A stretch of DNA of 59,801 bases from a virus. Its lineage: Duplodnaviria > Caudoviricetes. The position numbers and the translations under genes were made by a program. The notes below the pieces were generated by a model that worked only from the letters and a program-made list of their open reading frames with translations, was not told where the DNA came from and searched no databases. Positions 19,926 to 30,716 of the stretch are shown here, one piece after another. The DNA is taken from positions 1 through 59,801 of the IMG/VR virus record IMGVR_UViG_3300046654_000013. One strand, given 5' to 3'. Position 1 is the stretch's first letter, and the number at the start of each line of letters is the position of its first letter.

Positions 19926-21005
19926 ATGAAAATAGGTATTATAGACGCAGATTTAATTGGTAAAAAGAATCAACGTTTTCCAAATTTATGTTGCATGAAA
20001 ATATCATCATTTTACAAACAAGCTGGCAATCAAGTTGAACTGTTACAATCATATTCAAATTTACAATTATACGATAAAGTTTTTATTGCAAAGGTTTTTA
20101 CTGATACGCTGGTTCCAAATAATATTATTGACCTAAGCAATGTTATTTACGGAGGAACAGGATTTTATTATGACAAAGCTAAACCATTACCACGCAAAAT
20201 TGAACATTGTATGCCAGACTACACGTTGTATAGCGACTATGTTTCAACTGCAATATTTAACGGTGCATCAAAGTCATCACTTAAATTTTTTACTGATTTT
20301 TCAATTGGGTATTTAACACGTGGCTGTTTCCGTAAATGTCCATTTTGTGTTAACAAAAAATATGATCAAGCGTTTATAGCTTCACCTCTAAGCGAGTTTG
20401 TAGACGATTCACGTAAATACATTTGCTTGTTAGACGATAACTTTTTAAGCCATTTACAATGGGAACAAATGTTAAACAATTTAAATAATAGCGGACACCG
20501 TTTTCATTTTAGACAAGGACTTGATGAAAGATTAATTACGGATAAAATGGCAAAACAACTATCAATAAGTAATTTAGTTCTTGATCTTATATTTGCATTT
20601 GACAATATTAATGATAGCAATTTGATTATTGATAAAATAAAACTGTTGCGTAAATATATGCCAAACAAAACAATGAAATTTTATGTGTTTTGCGGGTTTG
20701 ATAGAAATAATCAATATGACGATAATTTTTATACCCAAGACATTATCGATACATTCGAAAGAATAAAAATACTTATGGAATATAAATGTTTGCCTTACAT
20801 TATGCGCCACGCAAATTATGTAAATAGCCCACACCGAGGAACGTATATAAATTTAGCTAGGTGGTGTAATCAGCCATCATTGTTTAAGAAAAAGTCTTAT
20901 AAACAGTTTTGTGAGCTAAACGGCATTAACTCAGCTTGCTATAAGTATTACAGTAAGCTACCAGATGAGTGTAGTAAATATATTGATATGCGGTGGTCGA
21001 TATGA
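19926..21005 (+). CDS. Radical SAM protein
   Basis: TRGCFRKCPFC (CxxxCxxC), FPNLCCMKIS, GGTG, LLDDNF, QGLD. Confidence 0.85.
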   Translation: MKIGIIDADLIGKKNQRFPNLCCMKISSFYKQAGNQVELLQSYSNLQLYDKVFIAKVFTDTLVPNNIIDLSNVIYGGTGFYYDKAKPLPRKIEHCMPDYTLYSDYVSTAIFNGASKSSLKFFTDFSIGYLTRGCFRKCPFCVNKKYDQAFIASPLSEFVDDSRKYICLLDDNFLSHLQWEQMLNNLNNSGHRFHFRQGLDERLITDKMAKQLSISNLVLDLIFAFDNINDSNLIIDKIKLLRKYMPNKTMKFYVFCGFDRNNQYDDNFYTQDIIDTFERIKILMEYKCLPYIMRHANYVNSPHRGTYINLARWCNQPSLFKKKSYKQFCELNGINSACYKYYSKLPDECSKYIDMRWSI

Positions 21006-22378
21006 ACCTACGCCCTTACCAAACCGATGTCATAAACAAACTTAAACGAAAAATACTATCCGGCAGCAAGTCAATCCTCATCGTCATGCCTACAGGTGCA
21101 GGTAAAACTGTCGTTGCTGCAAGCATTATCCACGACTGCGTAGCCAAGCACAACACAGTAATATTTGCGGTACCGCGCATCGAACTTGCAAGGCAGTCGA
21201 TTGATACGATTGACGTGCCGTGCGGCAAGATTATCGCAGGAGATAAAATGGATCTAACGTTGCCCGCGCAGGTCGCAAATATTCTCACGCTTCGCTCGCG
21301 CCACTTAAAAATACCTGCGCCAACAATATTAATTATTGACGAAGCACATCGATCGTCTTGTAGGACATGGCGAGAAACGATTGATTATTACCGTCAGCAG
21401 GGAACATTGATTTTAGGACTTAGCGCGACACCGATTCGCATGGATAAATCTAGTTTGTCAGATGTGTTTGACGATATGGTTGTCGGCCCATCGATTCGAG
21501 AATTAATTGACCAAGGTTCGCTTAGCGATTACAAATATTTTGCGCCGGACATTGGCATTGACACGAGTAAAATTAAAATACAATGTGGCGATTTTAACGG
21601 CAAAGAATTAGAATTTGTTGTAAACCAAAATAAAATCACAGGTGATGCAATCGAACATTATAAGCGAATGATTCCCGGCAAGAAAGCAATTGTATTTTGC
21701 GTTTCGGTTGAGCATGCAAAGAAGGTTGCTGAACAATTTAGCGCTGCAGGAATACCCGCGGCATTTGTTGAAGGCGGAATGTCTGACGAGTCGCGCAAAG
21801 ACGCTCTAAGAGATTTTAGCGAAGGAAGGCTAAAGATACTATGTAACGTCATGTTATTGACCGAGGGAATCGACGTGTGCAGTGTAGAAGCGGTTATTAT
21901 GCTTAGACCTACGATGAGTTTAAGCCTTGACCTACAGATGATAGGACGCGCCTTGCGAGTTGACAAGGCGAATCCAGACAAGGTCGCTTATATACTTGAC
22001 CACGTCAATAACGTTCGGCGCCACGGGTTGCCAGATCAAGAGCGAGAGTGGACGCTAGAAGGTAAGACTAAAACGCGCAAGAGCGAAGCGTCAACGGTTG
22101 CGATTCGCATGTGTCCGAACTGTTACATGGTAATTAAGCCGGCAGAAAAGTGCCCGTATTGTGATTATGAGTTTAGACTGACAGCGAGGGAACTTGCAAT
22201 CGAAAATGGCGAATTAAAAAAATATGACGCAGAGCAAGAAAGAAAAGTAAAGTTGACGAAGAAAATTGAATTGTGGTCGTGCAAGACGCGTAATGATTTA
22301 GAAACACTAGCGAAAGAGCGCGGGTATAATCCGTACTGGGTAAATCGGCAGATGAGGTTAAGGCATATTAAGGAGTGA
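21002..22378 (+). CDS. SF2 DEAH helicase with a zinc ribbon
   Basis: LRPYQ, PTGAGKT, DEAH, SAT, QMIGRALR, CPNC..CPYC. Confidence 0.92.
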   Translation: MNLRPYQTDVINKLKRKILSGSKSILIVMPTGAGKTVVAASIIHDCVAKHNTVIFAVPRIELARQSIDTIDVPCGKIIAGDKMDLTLPAQVANILTLRSRHLKIPAPTILIIDEAHRSSCRTWRETIDYYRQQGTLILGLSATPIRMDKSSLSDVFDDMVVGPSIRELIDQGSLSDYKYFAPDIGIDTSKIKIQCGDFNGKELEFVVNQNKITGDAIEHYKRMIPGKKAIVFCVSVEHAKKVAEQFSAAGIPAAFVEGGMSDESRKDALRDFSEGRLKILCNVMLLTEGIDVCSVEAVIMLRPTMSLSLDLQMIGRALRVDKANPDKVAYILDHVNNVRRHGLPDQEREWTLEGKTKTRKSEASTVAIRMCPNCYMVIKPAEKCPYCDYEFRLTARELAIENGELKKYDAEQERKVKLTKKIELWSCKTRNDLETLAKERGYNPYWVNRQMRLRHIKE

Positions 22379-22554
22379 AACTATGTTAGATATGATATTT
22401 AGCAGCATAAAATTGTACCGTAAACACTGTGGTGGAACGTGGCTGTATTGCGTTAATTTGTCAGATAAGCATAACCTACACGGTTGGTATAGAAGCAATA
22501 AACTACCGATGCAATTGTATGTTGTTGTAAGACGCGAGGTGTATTAATATGATT

Positions 22555-22600
22555 ATCCCGAAAGCTAAAAATAAAATTAGTTTTCGGGATGTTTTTATTT
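22555..22600 (+). terminator. Probable terminator
   Basis: ATCCCGAAA...TTTCGGGAT followed by GTTTTTATTT. Confidence 0.55.
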
Positions 22601-22609
22601 AAAAACCGC

Positions 22610-22638
22610 TTGACAATAATAATAATAATAAGTATAAT
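22610..22638 (+). promoter_or_regulatory. Consensus sigmaA promoter with an (AAT)n spacer
   Basis: TTGACA-ATAATAATAATAATAAG-TATAAT. Confidence 0.85.
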
Positions 22639-23361
22639 AAGAATATAGAAAAGATAAATAAACCGCAGTAATGCGGTAGCAAGATAATATAAAGGAGTGG
22701 TTAAAATGAAAATAGTACAAGAAACGATTAGTTTACAGGATGTAATAGATGCATACAATGATTTTGACGGACAGGCAATCATAACGAAATCGGCTGATAG
22801 CGAAATAATTTGCACGGTAGGACAAAATGAGTGCTTTGTAGACGGATACACAGTGATTGCAACTAAAAACTTAAAAGAAAGCAAAGATTTATATTTGACT
22901 TGTGCCGAGCTAATGGATTTAATTTGACATTGCTAGAGCTTATCCGTCGGGTAGGCTCTATGGAATACCAAATAAATAAAAGGTGGTTTTGAAAATGGAT
23001 TATGGAAATATTTTAATAAGCATAGATGTAGTAAGCATAATTTTATTAATATTTAGTGTTTACAGCTCATTAGCTTAGTAAACCGTGTGAAGGGAGTTTT
23101 CAACATGGACTTAATATTACCACTATTTTGTTTTACCTGCATGGTGCTTGCACCGTTTGCGGCAATGATGTTACTTTGCGATGATGGGGATGATAAATAT
23201 GACATTTAGGCTCACAGTTGGCACAGGCAAAACTTTTATTGTGCAGGAACCAACACTCGCCGAAGCCGAGGACAAATGGTTAGGCGAGTCATTAAATTAT
23301 GGCGACGGTTCTTCGCAGGTTATCGATGTGAAAGAAATTAAACAGCCAGACAGGAGAATAT

Positions 23362-23541
23362 ATGGATATTAAAAAACTACGCGCAGAACGCAATTTAACG
23401 CAAGTACAGCTTGCACGATTGATTGGAGTATCTTCGCAAGCAGTAAAATTGTGGGAATGGCAAGATGCGACGCCAAACGAAAAAAATATGAAAAAGTTGG
23501 AGGAATTACAGAGTGGACAGCGAATTAAACAAGTGGATTGA
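23362..23541 (+). CDS. XRE/Cro-type HTH regulator (59 aa)
   Basis: IKKLRAERNLTQVQLARLIGVSSQAVKLWE...P; below the ORF-track cutoff. Confidence 0.85.
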   Translation: MDIKKLRAERNLTQVQLARLIGVSSQAVKLWEWQDATPNEKNMKKLEELQSGQRIKQVD

Positions 23542-25832
23542 TAGAGCAAATGACTACAAACTAAAGCACGGTGATGAAATGGTCGTGTGCAGAAATAACG
23601 GATTGTTATTTGATTGGCCCGCATCAGTGTTTGATAAGTACCATGAGGACGATCCTGCATACGTTGTTTTGTACAGGACGGATGGAAAGATAGAACCGCA
23701 GGAAGATGTTCATATGATGACAGTTTCGGAGTATGCTGCAAGTGTTTATGAAAGAGAAGGTAAAATATGAAAACAAATAAAAAACTTGGAATGGCAAGAG
23801 TTGAAAATAATAATTTAATTATAACAATGCCAGTAAACTTATTAGTAAATGCAGCAAAATATAACCCAGAATATTGGAAAGTTAGAATCAAAGATAAAGA
23901 AGCTTATGCTAAAGCCGTAGCTGAAAAGATTATTGGTTTTAACGAAGATAGTGAAACAGGGATAACACAGTTTCAAATACTATTTGATGATATTCAAAAT
24001 GAGTTGGTGGAAGAAGAAAATCCAACAATTCAAGTAAAATGGCAACCAGAAGATAAATTTGAATAAAGATGGTGTTTAATATGCGAAACAGGTTTGGAGG
24101 ATATTGTATGAACTGCGGTCAATGGATACCACCAATGAAAGGAAAGACTGTATACAAGGATAAAAAGCTAGGCAAATGGTTAATAGAACATAGACGTGGT
24201 TGTCCACCACATAAACACGAAATAAGGAGAGAATTGCCATGAATAACAAACTGCAATATTACAAAACAATACCAGTTAGATTAATATTGCGTAAAAATTA
24301 TAAATATGACAAAGCAAAGCGATTTACACTTAATGAAACAAACCAAAACATATGGATACCAAACAAACATTTGATGCCAGACGGAACAATTATTTATGGT
24401 GAAAATATCGACTATGTTTTTCGTAAGTCTTGGAGACAATGCAATATTGCAGGAATTGATATTAATGCTTTAAATAGGAGAATTTACTTATGACAATAGT
24501 AACACTTATCGATGGAACAACTTATTATGTAGATACGGATAACAGCAATAGTGTTTATGGTGTCGTTGAATATAAGTTACAAGACAGAAATGATTATCGT
24601 ACGGTAGAAAAAACAGAAGTGTTTGATGGTATTACTATTAGCAAAGACACTAAATATTATAATTCGGATGATAGTTATGACGGCATACCATTGCAGGCAA
24701 AAACTGGGTGGAGCTATAAATGGGGAATTAAAGGAACGCATTTTACAAGAAATTAATAAAATAGGAGGTCTGACAATGGAAAAGCTTACTGATGACCAGA
24801 TTAGTGATGAAAAAATTGATAATATTATAAAACATATATCAACGTTTTCAGTACTAGCAGATGGAACTCCTGATGAAATAATGATAGATAAATGGGATTT
24901 GCTTGAACTTGCGTACGAAGTAAAGGAACGGCGCGAATCCGATGAAAAGACGCTAGCCATAAAAGATCAGTTGCGTATGGTGCGCGATAAGTGCCCGGAT
25001 ATATGGGATATTATACACAACAACTGGTATAGTATTTTTGGATTTTCATTGTGCCATAAATTTAAGTACGAAATATTTAAGGAAGGTAAAGAATAATGAA
25101 TAAAATACATTTGTTCGACTATGAACATTTTGAAAAGTTCCCGGTAAACAATACTAATAGGCGAAACGCAACAAAGTGCGGTTATGTAAGGGATAATATC
25201 ACACATGACAAGAAAAAAGTGAATTGCAAATTGTGTTTAAGAGAAATGAAAAAGGAAGGTGAAGAATGATGGCATATGCTTATAGTTTTGATGGTAATGA
25301 TTTTAGTAATAGCGGATATGACAGTATCAAAGAAGCTTTAAAAGACGCAAAGAAAGATGCTGCTTCTCGTGATGACAAACCAACTCATTGTTTTATTGGT
25401 GAACAGATCGAATTTAAACCAGAGATTGATGCTGATATGATTTTTGACCAATTAAAAGACAAAGCGGATGAATTTTCATATGAATATGCAGAAGATTACT
25501 TAGTAGGTGTTTCGGACGAAGAAAAGAAAGACCTCGAAAAATCTATACAAAAAGTATTTGAAGAATGGGAAGAAAGAACAGGAAATAAGGCAACATTTTT
25601 TCAGATTGAAGATTCAAAAAAATATTATATAGAACTAAGGTGCGGACTGGAAGTGTCTGAATGAATAGATATCAGCGAACAATAGATGCAATAAAGCAAA
25701 CGCATTCAAAAAGTTGTCATCGATGCCAACATTATAAAATAGCAAAATCGTATGTCCAATGTTCATTAACATACTGCCATGGATTTATTCCGAAATTTAA
25801 GGTTCGCAAATGCATCTTGAGAAGGTGGAAAC

Positions 25833-25964
25833 ATGCGCGGAATTAATGAATATATGCATCATTGGTTTAGAATGTTTTATCGATAACCTGAAACTTCGAT
25901 GCGAGAATATGTAGAACATATCCAATCAAAGAAAAAATATAAGAGAAAGAAGAAAAACAAATGA
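25833..25964 (+). pseudogene. Small basic ORF with an in-frame TAA (25884-25886)
   Basis: SD AAGGTGG; MRGINEYMHHWFRMFYR*PETSMREYVEHIQSKKKYKRKKK, ending in an ATGA overlap with the next gene. Confidence 0.5.
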
Positions 25965-27201
25965 CTGAATACACATTTACGAAAGGAACAGTCGAAAAGT
26001 ATGATATCCGGTGGAACCGTGGAGAATGGGCAGTATTTACGATAGACAATGAAACCGGATTAATGCAATGCCATAGTTCATACGGTGATTGGGGTTATGG
26101 ATGGCCTAGCCACGGCAGGAAAACATTTAAGCATTTTATTCTTGAACTAGAAAGAGACAGCGAATATTTGCTTAAAAAAGTATCAAATGAAATTTTTGAC
26201 TTTGAAGGATCTATCAAGCGATGGAAAAGATTAATTATTGATTGGCGGAAAGAAGAATCATGCAAAAAAGAAGAAACTAGAGAAGCGTATGATTTTTTAA
26301 AAAATCTATCTAATGATGATAATCAATCTTATGATTATTGCTTTTCTAAATTGTTGGAAAGCGAAGAAATAAACAATCTTAATGTCTGCGATTTTTGGGA
26401 AGTGTTCGGTCAAGAAAAAAAGTGGGCAGCACAAGATATTGTTTTTGCTAAAACGATATGGCCTATGCTATGCGACATCATCCGGAAAGAAATGAAAGAA
26501 GGAAAATAAATGGCGAAATATATAATTTATTTGCCGGAATATAACGGCGATTATGCAGGAAAAGTATATATGAAAGAGCATGAATATTATCCAGTGATTG
26601 CAAGCGAAGATAATAAACAAAAAGCTAAAGTATATAGTTCAGTTAAAAGATCCTTGCTTGCTGCTAAAAGTTTATCGTTAAAATGCCAATACGCAGAAGA
26701 ATATGAAGTGAGAGAAGAAATCAATAAAAACAAAGGAAAGAAAATAAATGAGCAAATTTGATTATTGTAGTTTTATCGGTGGAGATGATAGCTTTGCAGT
26801 ATCGAAAGAAAAATATTCAAAAGAAGAAGCTATCGATATTGCTAAACAAGAATGCATTTCTTCATACACAAAGGAAAAATATTTAGCAATTAGTGATGCT
26901 TTTGTAAAGCATAGAGCAGGAATAAACGAACAAAATGAACCGTGTGTAGGCTGGTGGATTGAATATGAAGATACAGGCCGTAACTGTCCAGTGTTTATAT
27001 TCCGGCTGGCTAATGATAAACATTTAAAGGGATATGAATATATATTGCTACATGAAGGTGATTATCTGTGAAAAACTGGAAAGGAAACAGAAGAAAAACA
27101 GAGTGTAACTGGGCTTCAGCTCTTTCATGGGAATTGATGCTGCCACCGGAAAGTAGAAATAAAAAGCGGATAGAAAGACTTAGAAAGAGGGTTAAGGGGC
27201 T

Positions 27202-27672
27202 ATGAGAGACATTAAGTTTAGAGGTAAATCAACAAAGAGCGGAAAGTGGTATTATGGAGATTTATCAAACGGAGTCCTAACGAGTGGCCAACGTATAGGA
27301 AAATCAATGTATTCAATTGTTGATTATTGCGAAGTTGTCATGCTTTCAGACAACAGCCTTATGAATGGATCAAGAAACGAAGCTGACGTTGACGGTAAAA
27401 CAATTGGACAGTATACAGGATTTACAGATAGTAAAAGCAACAAAGAAATTTATGTAGGCGATATACTTGAAATAAGCGATGGTGTATCAAAAAGATGTTA
27501 TGCAGTTATAAAATTTGATGAACTATATGGAATGTTAAAAGTACATATTCCTGAGTTCTGCATTGATGATGATTTATATAAATATGCTACTGATTTAGAA
27601 TATAGCCATCCGATTTGCGAAGTTATTGGCAATATCTACGACAATCCTAAGTTGCTGGAGGCTGACAAATGA
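27202..27672 (+). CDS. YopX-family protein
   Basis: MRDIKFRGK..W.YG, TIGQYTG..D...EIY.GDI, EVIGNIYDNP.LL. Confidence 0.9.
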   Translation: MRDIKFRGKSTKSGKWYYGDLSNGVLTSGQRIGKSMYSIVDYCEVVMLSDNSLMNGSRNEADVDGKTIGQYTGFTDSKSNKEIYVGDILEISDGVSKRCYAVIKFDELYGMLKVHIPEFCIDDDLYKYATDLEYSHPICEVIGNIYDNPKLLEADK

Positions 27673-28004
27673 TAATAGATAAAGAGATAACAACACTTTG
27701 CAACAGGGTAATTGAATTAAAGCAGTACCGCGAATCGGCTTTACGTCCGGCAGCTAAGTTTGTTAATCAGCCAATGGAGTTGCAACTTGCAAAGCTTGAC
27801 GAAGAAGTTAAAGAAGTACACGCGGAAATGTTTGGTTCTGGGAGCTATGTTGTAACAAGCCTTGCGCAAGAGCTTGCGGATGTCCAAATGGTTTGTGAGA
27901 CAATACTGGCACATATGGGCTTAAACGAGCAACAACGTATGGATGTACGCAAGCAGGTTATCGAGAAAAATCGTGTACGTGGATATTACGAGGGGGATAA
28001 GTAA
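27669..28004 (+). CDS. MazG-like NTP pyrophosphohydrolase
   Basis: KLDEEVKEV...ELADV...KN..RGYY. Confidence 0.65.
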   Translation: MIIDKEITTLCNRVIELKQYRESALRPAAKFVNQPMELQLAKLDEEVKEVHAEMFGSGSYVVTSLAQELADVQMVCETILAHMGLNEQQRMDVRKQVIEKNRVRGYYEGDK

Positions 28005-28377
28005 ATGGACAATATTAAAGTAACCAAAGCACAAAACGATGAGCAGTGCGATATATGCCATGGTAAAAAGCGCCGTGCAGCTGTAATATGCAAGTTGGGA
28101 AGGGTAGAAGTAAATTTGTGCAACGTGTGCGCAGGTAAGTTAATTGACAAATTGGAGGAAAATATATGATCGGCAATAGTGGCAGTAAGTACGACTACCC
28201 AAACGCAAGCGTTGATAATGACGTTAATTCAAGAAACGAAACCATAGATTTGTTTGAAACGCAACTAAAACTTGTGTTGATGAGGGACGTTCGATATTTT
28301 GATAATATTCCAGTATCGCACGAACAAAAAATGCAGTCGTTGATGAATGTGGTAAAATGGTACAAGGACTTGATATT

Positions 28378-28752
28378 ATGACCGAACACGACATACAAAA
28401 CAACATCCGGCTATCATTAGCTAAATTAAATATCTACACGGAGCGCGTCAATGCCGGACGATTTTACGGGGGCAAGGTTATCGCGCACGATGGGAAACGT
28501 ATGGTTTTAGAAAACCCTACGCAGGTGATGGGTGCGGTGTCGGGAACTAGTGATTTAATTGGCTTTCGCCCCCTGTATATTACTCAAGACATGATCGGTA
28601 AAACAGTCGCGCAGTTTATCGCAATTGAAGTTAAGAAGCCCGGTGAACGACCACGACCGAATCAGATCGCATATCTTGATATGGTTAATAAGCGCGGTGG
28701 TATTGGTATTTGGTCTGACAATGTGGGGAAGGTTGAGGGGAAGTTCAAGTGA
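28378..28752 (+). CDS. VRR-NUC domain nuclease
   Basis: MTEHDIQNNI, GTSDLIG, IEVKKPG...Q..YL....GG. Confidence 0.85.
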   Translation: MTEHDIQNNIRLSLAKLNIYTERVNAGRFYGGKVIAHDGKRMVLENPTQVMGAVSGTSDLIGFRPLYITQDMIGKTVAQFIAIEVKKPGERPRPNQIAYLDMVNKRGGIGIWSDNVGKVEGKFK

Positions 28753-29648
28753 GATTAAAATACTTAGTTAATCGAAGCTGCCCTGCATGCAAACATTATG
28801 ATATTACTAGCACCAATGGGTGCCGATATTTTCCTAACAAATGCGGATGTGGTAATCAAAAATTTACACCACGATTTAATATTCGTAAATATATTTTAAG
28901 GAGATATGCAAATGAAAATAAAATGCGAGCTAGATATTGATAAGTTAAATGAAATTCTTGATAATGCAACGGCTTGTGATAGTATTTATGAGCGATTTTC
29001 ATGTCCGTTGCTTGATAGTCGCGATTGTGATAGCAATGGTTGTTTAGAATCGCTTCGCAAATATATTGGTATTGTGGTGATAAAATGAAACCATATTTTA
29101 TTCGACAGTATGATGTTGAAACAGTATTAAAACACAAATGTTACGGCTGCAAGAAATATAAGACTTGTTATCGACCATGCGATTTTATAGCAAAGTTTAA
29201 ACTACGAAAAGTAATTTTAAGGAGATGGAATAAATGATGAAATATGTTTGCACGAAAAAATGTAATGCTTGCGAACCTGCTTGTTGGAGAGAAGTCGACG
29301 ATGCCGTATGTCCGCTAAATATTTTCCCACAGTGGCAACCCGTAACAATCAACATCGGCGACGTAATAAAAATTAAAAATTATGGTGTTGCGATTGTAAC
29401 TGGTATTGGCGAAGATGTGTATTTTTACGAATCACGTGGTACGATCGGCAAGACTGACCTTGAGCACATATCGGCAGTATACAGGGAGGATTATGTATGA
29501 TTAGACTTACGGTAAGCGAGTCAGAGCGTCTTAATATGATGAAATTTTTTATTGCCATATCGGGTCTACGCAAAGTTTGTAAGCCTAACATTGACTTACC
29601 GAAACTACGATCTGCGTATCAAGCGATTAAATTTAGGGTGGTGGTTAG

Positions 29649-29933
29649 ATGATAGTATATCTGAGCCACCCATACACTGGTGACACGGAGAAAAACATTA
29701 AACACGCATCAAGTATTGCGTTGAAACTTTCAGAGCGTTACACGGTGTTTTCGCCACTCAATAATTTTGATTTTATTAACGGTGAATTTACGTATGATCG
29801 AATGATGAAAATGTGCTTAGACTTGCTAAGCAAGGCTGACAAGTTGGTTTATTATGGAGACAGTAAAGGTGTAAGAATAGAAATTGAATGGGCTAAGAAG
29901 TGGGGAATACCTGTTGAGGAGTGGAAAGATTGA
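29649..29933 (+). CDS. DUF1937/DUF4406 nucleoside 2-deoxyribosyltransferase-like protein
   Basis: VYLSHPYTG, CLDLLSKAD, SKGVRIEIEWA...GIPV. Confidence 0.75.
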   Translation: MIVYLSHPYTGDTEKNIKHASSIALKLSERYTVFSPLNNFDFINGEFTYDRMMKMCLDLLSKADKLVYYGDSKGVRIEIEWAKKWGIPVEEWKD

Positions 29934-30645
29934 TTGATTTAAACAAGATTTATAACGAAGATTGTTTAGAAGGAATGAAAAAGATTGATGATAAATCTAT
30001 AAATATGATTTTGTGTGATTTGCCATACGGGACAACCAGAAATAAATGGGATTCTATCATCCCATTAGATAAATTGTGGATACAGTATAAAAGAGTTATA
30101 AAAGACAATGGTGCTATTATATTGACTTCACAAACACCATTCGATAAAATCTTAGGTGTCAGTAATATAAAAATGCTTAAGTATGAATGGATTTGGAAAA
30201 AACAAAAGCAACTGAACATTTAAATGCAAAGAAAATGCCTTTAAAGGAACATGAGAATATATTGGTTTTTTATGATAAACTTCCAACATATAATCCACAG
30301 AATTTAATAAAAATAGAAGTTCCTATACTGCGAAAGGGAAAGGATAATGGTACCAACTATGGTAAATCAGATAAGGATAGCTATAGAAATGTTACTGGAT
30401 ACCCTAGAGATGTTTTAGAGTTTTCAAGCGAAGGTAAAACAATACATCCAACACAAAAACCAGTAGCCTTATTTGAATACCTAATAAAAACATATACAAA
30501 CGAAAATGATTTAGTGCTTGACAATTGTATGGGTAGTGGAACAAGTGCCGTGGCAGCAATTAACACAAGACGCAACTTTATTGGTTTTGAGTTGGACGAA
30601 AATTATTTTAATATTGCGGTGCAGCGGATAAATAATCACAAGTAA
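29930..30645 (+). pseudogene. Beta-class N4/N6 DNA methyltransferase split by a -1 frameshift near 30196
   Basis: DLPYG in ORF1; HPTQKP and VLDNCMGSGT in ORF2; the frames join as YEWIW/EKTKAT.HLNAKK at TGG-A6-C. Confidence 0.85.
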
Positions 30646-30716
30646 TTATATAGGGAGCTGATGGCAATGAAATTTTTTATAGGACTTAAATACGCGCTGT
30701 TACCGTCGCTTTTATT

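Larger units (their letters stand above)
22697..29652 (+). other. Middle operon of about 30 mostly small hypothetical genes
   Basis: Densely packed plus-strand ORFs with SD sites and overlaps. Confidence 0.65.
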
